Part shown: piece after piece, positions 10,056-18,717 of the stretch
Layout: each line of letters opens with the position of its first letter
How positions within the stretch are numbered: the stretch's first letter is position 1
Source: Rhodothermales bacterium
GTDB taxonomy: Bacteria; Bacteroidota; Rhodothermia; Rhodothermales; JAHQVL01
Length of the DNA: 64,000 nt
Direction: 5' to 3'
Assembly: GCA_041391505.1 (NCBI GenBank)
Contig: JAWKNW010000004.1
Location: 292,540 to 356,539 of the forward strand
Program-made: the position numbers and the translations under genes
Notes under the pieces: generated by a model
Databases searched by the model: none
What the model was told of the DNA's origin: nothing
The model's input: only the letters and a program-made list of their open reading frames with translations

Positions 10056-10502
10056 ATGAACGTACGATTTACCCTCAACGGCACCCCGACCGAGGTGGAC
10101 GTCCGCGCCGACGAGATGCTGCTCGACGTCCTGCGCGACCGGCTGGGCTTTCCGAGCGTCCGCGAGACGTGCAGCATCGGCGTGTGCGGCTCCTGCACCG
10201 TCCTGATCGACGGCGAGCCGGTGTCCAGCTGCATCTACCTGACGCCGATGGCCGAAGGCCGGGCGATCACGACGATCGAAGGGCTGGGCGGCGATCACCC
10301 CGTCCAGCGCGCGTTCGAGGAGGCGCACGCGTTCCAGTGCGGCTACTGCACGCCGGCGATGATTCTGACCACCAAGCGGCTCCTGGAGGAAACCCCGCAT
10401 CCGACGGACGATGAGATCGACCTCGCGCTGAGCGGCAATCTCTGCCGGTGCGGCTGCTACGTCAAGATCCGCGATGCCGTCAAGCTGGCGGCGGGGAGAT
10501 GA
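10056..10502 (+). CDS. [2Fe-2S]-binding small subunit (CoxS-like) of the molybdenum hydroxylase
   Basis: 148 aa. Two Cys clusters: CSIGVCGSCTV and QCGYCTPAM...CRCGCY. Confidence 0.9.
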   Translation: MNVRFTLNGTPTEVDVRADEMLLDVLRDRLGFPSVRETCSIGVCGSCTVLIDGEPVSSCIYLTPMAEGRAITTIEGLGGDHPVQRAFEEAHAFQCGYCTPAMILTTKRLLEETPHPTDDEIDLALSGNLCRCGCYVKIRDAVKLAAGR

Positions 10503-10583
10503 ACGGTCGTGAGCGCCCTCTGGGCGCGGTCAGGGGTCATCGGTCACTGATCGTCCTGAAACTTCGATGTCTTCTCGACCGAA

Positions 10584-10676
10584 CCCTCGATCACATCGAG
10601 GGGAAGCGGAGAGACCTCCCGAAGAGTGGCGCTACGTTGATTGTGGAATACCGCCATCCTTTGGGAGGTCCCTCTG
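10584..10676. repeat. Structured intergenic element (two adjacent hairpins; GACCTCCC/GGGAGGTC core)
   Basis: CCCTCGAT-CAC-ATCGAGGG (10584-10602). GACCTCCCGAAG (10613-10624) pairs with CTTTGGGAGGTC (10659-10670) with one G-U. The same GACCTCCCGA / TCGGGAGGTCC core occurs in the 32586-32751 element. Confidence 0.6.
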
Positions 10677-10810
10677 CTCCGGTCCTGCTTTGCAGGCCCT
10701 GCGGTCGGGACGACAATCATTTTTTTACTGAGAACCTGCGATCCTTCGACGCCGGCGGCAACCGCCGCCGCCGCTCAGGACAGGCCTCCAACCTGTAACC
10801 TGCAACCCCT

Positions 10811-11104
10811 ATGTCCTACGTCGTCGTAGCGACCTGGCGCGCCAAGCCAGGGAAAGAAGCGTTTATCGAAAACATCGTCCGGACGATGGCTCGGCTGTCC
10901 ACCACGGAGGAGCCGGAGACCATCCAGTTCACGGCGCAGCGGTCGGTGGACGATCCCGCCTCGTTCCTGCTGTACGAGGTCTATACCTCCGAGGCCGGCT
11001 TCGAGGCGCACAAGGAAACCGAGCATTTCAAGGAGTACGTACTCGGGCAGGCGCTGCCGAATCTGGCGCACCGCGAACGCGCGATCTACGAAACGCTCGA
11101 TTGA
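10811..11104 (+). CDS. Antibiotic-biosynthesis-monooxygenase (ABM) domain protein, YgiN-like
   Basis: 97 aa; ...FLLYEVYTSEAGFEAHKETEHFKEY... is the typical ABM/quinol-monooxygenase pattern. Confidence 0.75.
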   Translation: MSYVVVATWRAKPGKEAFIENIVRTMARLSTTEEPETIQFTAQRSVDDPASFLLYEVYTSEAGFEAHKETEHFKEYVLGQALPNLAHRERAIYETLD

Positions 11105-11109
11105 TCGGG

Positions 11110-11817
11110 ATGGCACAGGGAGACAGCTTGCCGGTGGCGGTGCATCTGGTTCGTCACGGCCGGGTCGCTTCGCATCGGGGCGACATACCGATCACGGAGG
11201 AGGGGCGGGTCGAGATCGCGGCGGCGGGCCGCGGGCTGGCCGTCGGGCTGCGGCGCGACGAGGACGTTCATTTTTTGACCACCCCGACCCGGCGGACGAA
11301 AGAGACGGCCGACGTGCTCCGCGCGTCGATGCGCGCGGCGCACGGAGAAGGCGCCGGCTTCCTCGAGCCCCGCGAGGAGTGGGCGATCCGGAACCCCGAC
11401 CTGTTTCTGGCGGGCCGGCGTGTGGAAATGGTCAGCACCCCCGAAGCGATGGCCGGCCAGATCCCCGAGACCGGCATCGACGCCGCCGGCGTGGACGCCG
11501 TCGCGTTTTTCCATGCGTTTTTTCGGAGTCCGGACCGCATCGGCTACTGGATGGCCCAGCCCGATCCGCCCGGCGAGGATGTGACGGCGGTGGCGCGGCG
11601 CATCGTTGCATTCTGTATGAGCCTGTTGTACGTTCCAACGCACCGCCGGAGGCGCTTCGTGTGCGTGACGCATTCGCCGGTGCTCCGTGCCGTACTGCAG
11701 CACTATACCCACCAGGATCCTGGGGAGCCGGAATACGGCGAGTCGATCGACCTCCACCTGGATCCCCGTGAGAGCACGGTCACCTTCCGTGGCCTCACAA
11801 TGCCCCTTCGGGTTTGA
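11110..11817 (+). CDS. Histidine phosphatase (phosphoglycerate-mutase-like) family protein
   Basis: RHG catalytic motif in VHLVRHGRV near the N-terminus and a later THSPVLRA (His) motif. ATG at 11110 preferred over the TTG at 11101. Confidence 0.7.
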   Translation: MAQGDSLPVAVHLVRHGRVASHRGDIPITEEGRVEIAAAGRGLAVGLRRDEDVHFLTTPTRRTKETADVLRASMRAAHGEGAGFLEPREEWAIRNPDLFLAGRRVEMVSTPEAMAGQIPETGIDAAGVDAVAFFHAFFRSPDRIGYWMAQPDPPGEDVTAVARRIVAFCMSLLYVPTHRRRRFVCVTHSPVLRAVLQHYTHQDPGEPEYGESIDLHLDPRESTVTFRGLTMPLRV

Positions 11818-11892
11818 AAAAAGCCCGGTTTCACGTCACGGATGGTAGCGCTTCGCGTGTGCCGTCCTTCACCAAAGTCGGAAGAGCGAATT

Positions 11893-13137
11893 ATGCATTC
11901 GAACCTGACCAGTAGGCTCAGCCTGTTATCATTCCTCCAGTTTTTTGTATGGGGGGCCTGGTATACGAGCATCGCGGTGTACATGTCGACCGTGGGGATG
12001 GGGACGGTGACGTTCTGGGCGTTCACGGCGCAGCCCATCGGCGCGTTGATTTCGCCCTTTTTCCTGGGTCTGATTGCAGACCGGTATTTCAGCACGGAAA
12101 AGGTGCTGGGCGTGATGCACCTGCTGAGCGGCATGTTCCTGCTGCTGGCGCCTCAGTTTGAAGGGCAGCCGGTGCTGTTCATCGCGATGATCATGTTGCA
12201 CCAGCTGGCCTACACGCCGACGCTCGGCCTGTCGAACTCGCTGGCGTTCCATCACATCCCGGATCCCGAGAAGGACTTCCCAAAGATCCGCGCCTGGGGC
12301 ACGTTCAGCTGGATATTCGCCGGCCTGATCATGTTTCCGTTTATCCTGAAGCCGCTGGCCGGCGGCGGCGTCCCCGAACAGACGCCGATGCCGCTCTACG
12401 CGGCCGGCATCGCGGGCATCCTGCTGGGGCTGTACTCCTTCACGCTGCCGCATACGCCGCCTCCGGCCGCCGGCCAGAAGGTGTCGGTCCGCAGCCTGCT
12501 CGGCATCGACGCGTTCCAGCAACTGAAGAGCCCGTCGTTCATCGCGTTCATCGTCAGCTCGATGCTCATCTGCATCCCGCTCGCCGCCTATTACAACTTC
12601 ACGCAGCTGTTCCTCGGCGCGACCGGCGTGGAAAACATCGCGGCCACGCAAACGCTCGGCCAGGTGTCGGAGATGGTCTTCATGTTGTTGATGCCGCTCT
12701 TCTTCCGCCGCCTCGGCGTGAAGTGGATGCTCCTCGTGGGGATGCTGGCGTGGGCCGTGCGGTATGCGCTGTTCGCCCTGGCGGCGCCGGCCTCGGTGTT
12801 CTGGATGATCGCCGCCGGCATCATCCTCCACGGGATCTGCTACGACTTCTTCTTCGTCACCGGCCAGATCTACATCGACAAGCTGGCGAACCCGTCGATC
12901 CGGTCCCAGGCGCAGGGCATGCTCGTCTTCGCCACGTACGGCATCGGCATGCTGATCGGCGCGCAGCTCTCCGGCCGGCTGTTCAACTCGTTCATGGGCG
13001 ACGGGACGACGCTCTCGATGGCGAGCTGGACGCAGTTCTGGACGATCATGGGGGCGATGGCCATCGTGGTCGCGGTCTTCTTCGGTTTCGTGTTCCGCGA
13101 ACCGAAAAAGGACGCGGTGCCGGCTTCCGGTTCGTGA
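11893..13137 (+). CDS. NupG/XapB-like MFS transporter (nucleoside:H+ symporter family)
   Basis: Start at MHSNLTSRLSLLSFLQFFVWGAWYTS..., which closely parallels the NupG N-terminus (LSFLQF..WG.W). About 12 hydrophobic segments. Confidence 0.8.
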   Translation: MHSNLTSRLSLLSFLQFFVWGAWYTSIAVYMSTVGMGTVTFWAFTAQPIGALISPFFLGLIADRYFSTEKVLGVMHLLSGMFLLLAPQFEGQPVLFIAMIMLHQLAYTPTLGLSNSLAFHHIPDPEKDFPKIRAWGTFSWIFAGLIMFPFILKPLAGGGVPEQTPMPLYAAGIAGILLGLYSFTLPHTPPPAAGQKVSVRSLLGIDAFQQLKSPSFIAFIVSSMLICIPLAAYYNFTQLFLGATGVENIAATQTLGQVSEMVFMLLMPLFFRRLGVKWMLLVGMLAWAVRYALFALAAPASVFWMIAAGIILHGICYDFFFVTGQIYIDKLANPSIRSQAQGMLVFATYGIGMLIGAQLSGRLFNSFMGDGTTLSMASWTQFWTIMGAMAIVVAVFFGFVFREPKKDAVPASGS

Positions 13138-13168
13138 TCGACTGACCGACATACCGCACCGATTTCAG

Positions 13169-13200
13169 AGGGGCGACTCCGGCAGGGGTCGCCCCTTTTA
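13169..13200 (+). terminator. Rho-independent terminator candidate after the MFS transporter
   Basis: AGGGGCGAC (13169-13177) pairs with GTCGCCCCT (13188-13196), followed by TTTTA. Confidence 0.55.
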
Positions 13201-13262
13201 GCGTCGGGCTGTGGGGTTCACGCATACGCTTCGTATCTTGCGGACGCATCCACCGGAGCGCA

Positions 13263-14171
13263 ATGCCAGAACTGATCAATTTTCAACCGACACCCAGCGG
13301 GCCGCCGGTACGCGCGTTTCGGCTAGAGCCGCAGCATACGCAGCAATTCCTGACCCCGCACGCCCATCGTTTCTTCGAAGTCGTGTACTTCGAGGAGCCA
13401 GGCGGCGTGCACCGTCTCGGGGACGAGGTCTGGGAAAGCACCGCCGGCGATTTGCTCATCATTCCGCCGGGGCAGGTGCACGAGTGGGCGGAGGACGTGT
13501 TCGAGAAACAGTCCACCATCTGGATCCTGGAATTCACGGCGTCGGCGCTGGACCCGGACGGCGACGCCGGCGAGTCGCTGCTCGGCATCCTGCTGCATCC
13601 GCTGCTGGTGCCGTTTGCCTTCGGCTCGCAGGAGGGGCCGATGCGGCTCAACGTGCCCGCCTCCCAGCGTTCGGGGTGGGAGACCGCGCTGCGATCGCTC
13701 GAGGCCGAACGCCGCAAGCAGCCTCCCTACTGGCAGGAGGCGGTGAACGCGCTCTTCACGCTGCTGCTCGTCCAGGTCTGCCGGTTTGCCGCCATGGCGC
13801 ATCCGGCGCCGCAGGCGCAGACGCAGCCGCTGCTCAAACAGGTATTCGAGGTGATCGACGCCCGGTATGCGGAGTCGCTTTCGCTCGCCGATGTGGCGAA
13901 GGAAGTCTTCTATTCGCCGGCGCATCTCACCACGACGATCCGCCGGCTGACCGGGCGGACCGTCGGCAACTGGATCATCTGGCGGCGCATCGCGGAAGCC
14001 CGGCATCTGCTGGTGCATACCGACCTGACCATCGCCCAGATCGCCGAGCGCGTGGGGTACACCGACCCCTCGCACTTCGTCCGCCTCTTTCGCCGCGAAG
14101 CCGGCATCTCGCCGGGCGCGTGGCGGGATGCGCACCGGGCTCCCGGGGGAAAAAGAGCCGGCGCGGTGTAA
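13263..14171 (+). CDS. AraC-family transcriptional regulator (cupin-type sensor domain + HTH)
   Basis: 302 aa. N-terminal HAHRFFEVVYF...IPPGQVHEW (cupin-like). C-terminal LSLADVAKEVFYSPAHLTTTIRRLTG...IAERVGYTDPSHFVRLFRREAGISPGAWR (AraC HTH). Confidence 0.85.
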   Translation: MPELINFQPTPSGPPVRAFRLEPQHTQQFLTPHAHRFFEVVYFEEPGGVHRLGDEVWESTAGDLLIIPPGQVHEWAEDVFEKQSTIWILEFTASALDPDGDAGESLLGILLHPLLVPFAFGSQEGPMRLNVPASQRSGWETALRSLEAERRKQPPYWQEAVNALFTLLLVQVCRFAAMAHPAPQAQTQPLLKQVFEVIDARYAESLSLADVAKEVFYSPAHLTTTIRRLTGRTVGNWIIWRRIAEARHLLVHTDLTIAQIAERVGYTDPSHFVRLFRREAGISPGAWRDAHRAPGGKRAGAV

Positions 14172-14240
14172 AAAACGCACATTCTTGCCGGCCTGGAATG
14201 GCTTCATTTGGCGATATAGGTTCTTTGCCTCGCGGGCGAG

Positions 14241-14304
14241 CGAAAAATCCGCCATGTACTACCAAAAATTACCTCTCGTGCGTCTTGACGCCTCCGGGTA
14301 TTAT
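14241..14304 (+). promoter_or_regulatory. Candidate activator-dependent promoter module (copy B)
   Basis: CGAAAAATCCGCCATGTACTACCAAAAATTACCTCTCGT (14241-14279) with direct repeats at 14243-14253 and 14264-14273, 21 bp apart. After a 19-nt spacer comes TATTAT (14299-14304). Same architecture as 287-350. Sits between the AraC gene and the first PQQ gene. Confidence 0.55.
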
Positions 14305-14485
14305 TTCACTGGCTAAACAGGTTTTTCGAACAGGGGTGCGAACGCGTCCTGTCGCGTGCCGTCCCGTGCGATACCCGTCCCTGGCCGCGTGAGGTCGCGC
14401 CGGCTCCAGTGTCGCCTCACGGCACGACGAAGCGACGGCGGAAGACGCGCATTTCGAGCCCATCCCACTCATCATTGCGTGAATC

Positions 14486-16654
14486 ATGAGAGACACCCTG
14501 CGCTTGCCCCTTTACGTGGCACTGGCCGCCTCGCTGCTGGCCGGTTGCGCGCCGAAGCAGCAGGCATTGGATGAATCGTTTTACACCTGGAAGCGCTACG
14601 AGGGCCAGCCCGGCGCGACCCATTTCTCCGCGCTCGACCAGATCAACCGGTCGAATGTAAACCAGCTGCAAGAAGCCTGGCGCTACGAGGCGCCGGATAT
14701 CGCGGCCTTCAACCCGATCGTGATCGACTCGGTGATGTACGCGTTCGGGGACGGCGGCGCCATGGTGGCGCTCGATGCCGCGACGGGGGAGGAATTGTGG
14801 TCGTACCAGAGCCCGCTGCCCGGGGGACGCACCGAGCACGGCGTGGCCTACTGGGAGAGCGCGGACCGGTCGGAACGCCGGCTCCTCTTTTTCCGGGGCA
14901 GCTATTACCTCGTGGCCATCGATGCGCGCACCGGCCAGGCGATCCCCTCGTTTGGCGACAACGGCCAGGTCGACCTCCGCCAGGGGCTCGACATCGACCC
15001 GATGCGCGTGGTGCGCGCCACGGCGCCGGCGCCCGGCGTCATCTATGACGACCTCTACATCCTGGGCTCGGCTCCGGGCGAAGGCTACGCCGCCGGGCCG
15101 GGGCACATCCGCGCCTTCAACGTGCGGACGGGCAAGCAGGTCTGGATCTTCCATACCCTCCCCAAACCCGGCGAATTCGGCTACGAAACCTGGCCGCCCG
15201 GACGCTCCGACGCCGCCGGCGGCGCTAACGCCTGGGGCGGGTTGAGCGTCGATATCGAACGCGGGATGGTGTTCGTTCCGCTGGGATCCGCCAACTACGA
15301 CTTTTACGGGGTGGATCGGCACGGCCAGAACCTCTTCGCCAATTCGCTCGTCGCCCTCGACGCGCGCACCGGCGAGCGGAAGTGGCACTTCCAGACGGTC
15401 CATCACGACCTCTGGGACTACGACCTCACGGCGACGCCCGTCCTCCTGACCATCCAGCGCGATGGCAAGCCGCTCGACATCGTCGCCCAGGCCACCAAAA
15501 CGGGGTTTGTGTTTGCGTTCAACCGCGAGACGGGCGAGCCGCTCTGGCCGATCGAGGAGCGGCCCATGCCGGCGTCCGACATGCCCGGCGAGCAGGCCTG
15601 GCCCACGCAGCCCATCCCGACGAAGCCGGCGCCCTTTATCCCCCAGACCCTGTCGGTGGAAGATTTTAACCCGCACATGCTGGACAGCGACCGGGATTCC
15701 CTCGAGGCGCTCGTCCGGTCGATGGTCTACAAGGGGATGTTCACGCCGCCCGACACGCATCCCACGCTCCAGGCGCCCGGCAACCGGGGCGGGGCGAACT
15801 GGGGTTCGACGGCCGGCGATCCACGCGACGGGACGTTTTTCGTGCTCAGCTACAACATGCCTTCGGTGCTGAAGCTCGAACCCATCTTCGCCGGCGCCGT
15901 GGGCACCGGCGGCTCGTCGTTCGACCAGGGCCAGGCCTTTTATCAGGCGAACTGCCAGATCTGCCACGGCGCCAACCGGCAGGGCCAGCCTCGCGGCGGC
16001 ATTCCGTCGCTGGTCGGCGTCGTCGAGCGCCTGAGCCACGACGACATCCGGCAGCAGATCACGGTCGGCCGCGGCCTCATGCCGGGTTTCCCGCAGATCA
16101 CCCCCGCGCAGTACGACGCCCTGGTGGCGTATCTGGCCAACCCGGAGCTGGCGCTGACGACCGGCCAGCAGCAGGCGACCGACGGCGGATTGACCGGCCG
16201 GCCGGAAGGACCGCAGCGGTACCAGAGCGGCTGGAACCATATTCTCGACAGCCGGGGCGAGCCGGCCATCAAGCCGCCCTGGTTCCGTTTGACGGCGTAC
16301 GACATGGAGACGGGCGACATCGCGTGGCAGGTGCCGATCGGCGAGGTGGATCATCTGGTGGCGGAGGGCATCGAAAATACGGGCACCTCCACCTGGGTCC
16401 GCGGCGGCCCGTCCGTCACGGCTGGCGAACTGATCTTTGTCTCCGCCGGCGAGAAGCTGTGGGCGCACGATCGTGAAACAGGCGCCCTGCTCTGGTCCAC
16501 GCCGTTGCCGGGCATCGGCGAGGGCATCCCCACCATTTATGAGGCCGAGGGCCGCCAGTTCGTCGTCGTGGCGGTGTCGCGCGGCGGCCAGGGGTCCCCG
16601 CCGGCCGTCAGGCCGCGAACGCCCGCCTACATCGCCTTCGCACTTCCGGAATAG
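14486..16654 (+). CDS. Lipoprotein PQQ-dependent (Gcd-like) beta-propeller dehydrogenase with embedded cytochrome c domain (paralog 1)
   Basis: 722 aa. Lipobox LLAGC. Gcd-type motifs ALDAATGEELW, NAWGGLSVD, LFANSLVALDARTGERKWHFQTVHHDLWDYDL, AWPTQPIP. Heme c motif CQICH at 15953-15967 followed by GLMPGF. Propeller-type repeats resume after it (AYDMETGDIAWQ, HDRETGALLW). Confidence 0.85.
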   Translation: MRDTLRLPLYVALAASLLAGCAPKQQALDESFYTWKRYEGQPGATHFSALDQINRSNVNQLQEAWRYEAPDIAAFNPIVIDSVMYAFGDGGAMVALDAATGEELWSYQSPLPGGRTEHGVAYWESADRSERRLLFFRGSYYLVAIDARTGQAIPSFGDNGQVDLRQGLDIDPMRVVRATAPAPGVIYDDLYILGSAPGEGYAAGPGHIRAFNVRTGKQVWIFHTLPKPGEFGYETWPPGRSDAAGGANAWGGLSVDIERGMVFVPLGSANYDFYGVDRHGQNLFANSLVALDARTGERKWHFQTVHHDLWDYDLTATPVLLTIQRDGKPLDIVAQATKTGFVFAFNRETGEPLWPIEERPMPASDMPGEQAWPTQPIPTKPAPFIPQTLSVEDFNPHMLDSDRDSLEALVRSMVYKGMFTPPDTHPTLQAPGNRGGANWGSTAGDPRDGTFFVLSYNMPSVLKLEPIFAGAVGTGGSSFDQGQAFYQANCQICHGANRQGQPRGGIPSLVGVVERLSHDDIRQQITVGRGLMPGFPQITPAQYDALVAYLANPELALTTGQQQATDGGLTGRPEGPQRYQSGWNHILDSRGEPAIKPPWFRLTAYDMETGDIAWQVPIGEVDHLVAEGIENTGTSTWVRGGPSVTAGELIFVSAGEKLWAHDRETGALLWSTPLPGIGEGIPTIYEAEGRQFVVVAVSRGGQGSPPAVRPRTPAYIAFALPE

Positions 16655-16721
16655 GTTTGCCGGGCTGTTCATGCCCCTCGCTCCGGATCTGCCTTTTTGT
16701 ACCATCCCTAGGAGATCAGAC

Positions 16722-18662
16722 ATGTCCACTACGTTCATGGTCCGGCTCGCTGGCGCCCTGTGTGTGCTCGCAGCCCTGCCGGCGTCGGCGCAGCAAAGCC
16801 CCGCGCCCGACTTTATCCCCGACTACATCTTTCACGACTCGCAGCTGAACGGCTGGCGTCCGATCGGCGGAGCGGAGTGGAAGGCGGAGTTCGGGGCCAT
16901 CACGGGCACGGCCGGCAGGAATGGCGGATGGCTCATGCTGGATGCGTCGTACCAGAACGCCGCGTTTTTCACCCGTTTCAAATGCAAAGGCGCCTGCGAC
17001 GCCGGCGTGCTCCTGCGCGCCGAAAAGACGCCGACCGGCATGAAAGGCGTTTTTGTGGCGATTGAAAAAGGAACGATCGCGCCCTACCGCGTCACCCTCG
17101 ATGCGAACGGGAAGATCGTTTCGAAGCAGTCCGCGCGCCGGCAGGGCGGCGGCGGGGGTGGAGGGCAACAGCCGCCGATGCCATCGAGCCCCGTGCTCGA
17201 CGCGGCCACCGCCGCGTTGACGGCCCCGGTACCCGTCCAGCCCGACGCCTGGAATACCCTCGAAGTCATCGTCGACGGCAACCTCATCTACAACCACCTC
17301 AACAACGTCCGCAACGCCATTGCCGGCGGCATCGCGCAGGAATTCCCCGATACGCCGGCGCCGGAGTTCGGGGGCGCCGTGATCATCCCGGTGACGCGCG
17401 TCCACGGGTATGGCCCGATCGCGCTGTATGTGGGCTCGGGGACGGTGGAGTTCGAGGATGTGTCGGTGAAGGATCTGCACGTCCTCAACGTCGAGCCGGA
17501 GAAGACCTCCAACCAGTTCCGGGCACAGCAGCTCAACGAATTCTATTTCGGATGGGGGGCGGATATCGCGGACGTCAACCAGGACGGCATCAACGACCTC
17601 ATCTCCGGACCGTTTTATTACCTCGGCCCCGAATTCACCGAGCGGCACGAGTACTACGAGGCCCGCGTATTCAACCCCGGGCTCGAGTACATCAACGACA
17701 TGCTTACGTTCGCGAACGACTGGAACGGCGACGGATGGGTCGATGCCCTCGTCACCGAACGCCGGCCGCTGGTGCTGTACGTCAACCCCAGGGGCGAGCG
17801 GCGCTTTTGGGACCGGATCGAGGCGCTGCCGGATGTCTGTAGCGAAACGGCCGTGCGCGCGGATGTGGACGCCGACGGGAAGCCGGAGATCGTCTATGTG
17901 GCGGATGACGGCCGCGTGGCCTACGGCGAGCCCGATCCGGCCAATCTCAACGGCGCGTGGAAGGTGCACAAGATTTCAGAACCCGTCGTCGCCGGCTGCA
18001 ACACGCACGGCGTGGGCACGGGCGACGTCAACGGCGACGGCCGGATCGATATCCTGCAGGCCCGGGGATGGTGGGAGCAGCCTGCCGCCGGCCCCGACAA
18101 AGGCATGTGGATCTACCACGACGATCAGTTTGGCCGCTACACCCGTTCGCCGCAGCACCCGGGCGGCGCCGAGATCTCGGTGTACGACTTCGACGGCGAC
18201 GGCCTGAACGATGTCGTGACCAGCCTCAGCGCGCACGGCTGGGGCCTGGCGTGGTACAAGCAGAAACGCGACCCGGCCGGCAAGATCTCGTTCGACGAGC
18301 ACCTGATCATGGGCGACTTCTCGACGAAAAACGCCGGCGGCGTCACCTTCTCCCAGGTCCATTCCGGCGCCACGCTGGCGGACATCAACGGGGACGGCAT
18401 CATGGATTTTGTGACCGGAAAACGGCACTGGTCGCACCTGGATGCCTATACCGATCCCGACCCCGATGGGGAGGGCGTCATTTACTGGTACCAGACCGTC
18501 CGAAGCCCGGGAGCCCCGGGAGGCGTCGAATTCGTGCCGCATCTGATCCATAACAAGTCGGGCGTCGGTTCCGAGGTCAAGGTGCTGGACATCGATGGCG
18601 ACGGTGTGCTCGACGTCGTGGCGTCGGGGACGCGCGGCACGTTCATCTTCTGGGGTAAGTAG
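16722..18662 (+). CDS. Secreted DUF1080 (3-keto-disaccharide-hydrolase-like) + FG-GAP beta-propeller fusion protein (paralog 1)
   Basis: Start at MSTTFMVRLAGALCVLAALPASAQQ (signal peptide). N-terminal lectin/glucanase-like pattern (GW...W...G.I.G...FKCKGACDAGVLLR...WNTLEVIVDGNLIYNHLN...GPIALYVG...FEDVSVKDL). Then about six DxNGDG/DxDGDG FG-GAP-type repeats. Confidence 0.8.
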   Translation: MSTTFMVRLAGALCVLAALPASAQQSPAPDFIPDYIFHDSQLNGWRPIGGAEWKAEFGAITGTAGRNGGWLMLDASYQNAAFFTRFKCKGACDAGVLLRAEKTPTGMKGVFVAIEKGTIAPYRVTLDANGKIVSKQSARRQGGGGGGGQQPPMPSSPVLDAATAALTAPVPVQPDAWNTLEVIVDGNLIYNHLNNVRNAIAGGIAQEFPDTPAPEFGGAVIIPVTRVHGYGPIALYVGSGTVEFEDVSVKDLHVLNVEPEKTSNQFRAQQLNEFYFGWGADIADVNQDGINDLISGPFYYLGPEFTERHEYYEARVFNPGLEYINDMLTFANDWNGDGWVDALVTERRPLVLYVNPRGERRFWDRIEALPDVCSETAVRADVDADGKPEIVYVADDGRVAYGEPDPANLNGAWKVHKISEPVVAGCNTHGVGTGDVNGDGRIDILQARGWWEQPAAGPDKGMWIYHDDQFGRYTRSPQHPGGAEISVYDFDGDGLNDVVTSLSAHGWGLAWYKQKRDPAGKISFDEHLIMGDFSTKNAGGVTFSQVHSGATLADINGDGIMDFVTGKRHWSHLDAYTDPDPDGEGVIYWYQTVRSPGAPGGVEFVPHLIHNKSGVGSEVKVLDIDGDGVLDVVASGTRGTFIFWGK

Positions 18663-18717
18663 CCGGCGCGGCGCGCGGTGTGATTATCCCGTATTCAACC
18701 AGTCACAGGCTTTTGCC

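Noticed and set aside
10448-10798. 116-aa ORF in the coxS-ABM intergenic region
   Set aside because: It overlaps the end of coxS and runs through the hairpin-rich element, with no start context or family resemblance. The region is better explained as structured non-coding DNA.
13211-14392. 393-aa ORF overlapping the AraC gene in another frame
   Set aside because: Its composition is Arg/Ala/Gly-rich with no motifs. The 13263..14171 frame encodes a complete cupin plus AraC-HTH protein.
14417-16738. 773-aa minus-strand ORF antisense to PQQ paralog 1; similar cases at 16716..17969, 18703..20499 and 25371..27218
   Set aside because: Same reasoning. The plus-strand products are collinear paralogs with conserved motifs, and the minus-strand products are featureless R/G/A-rich sequences.
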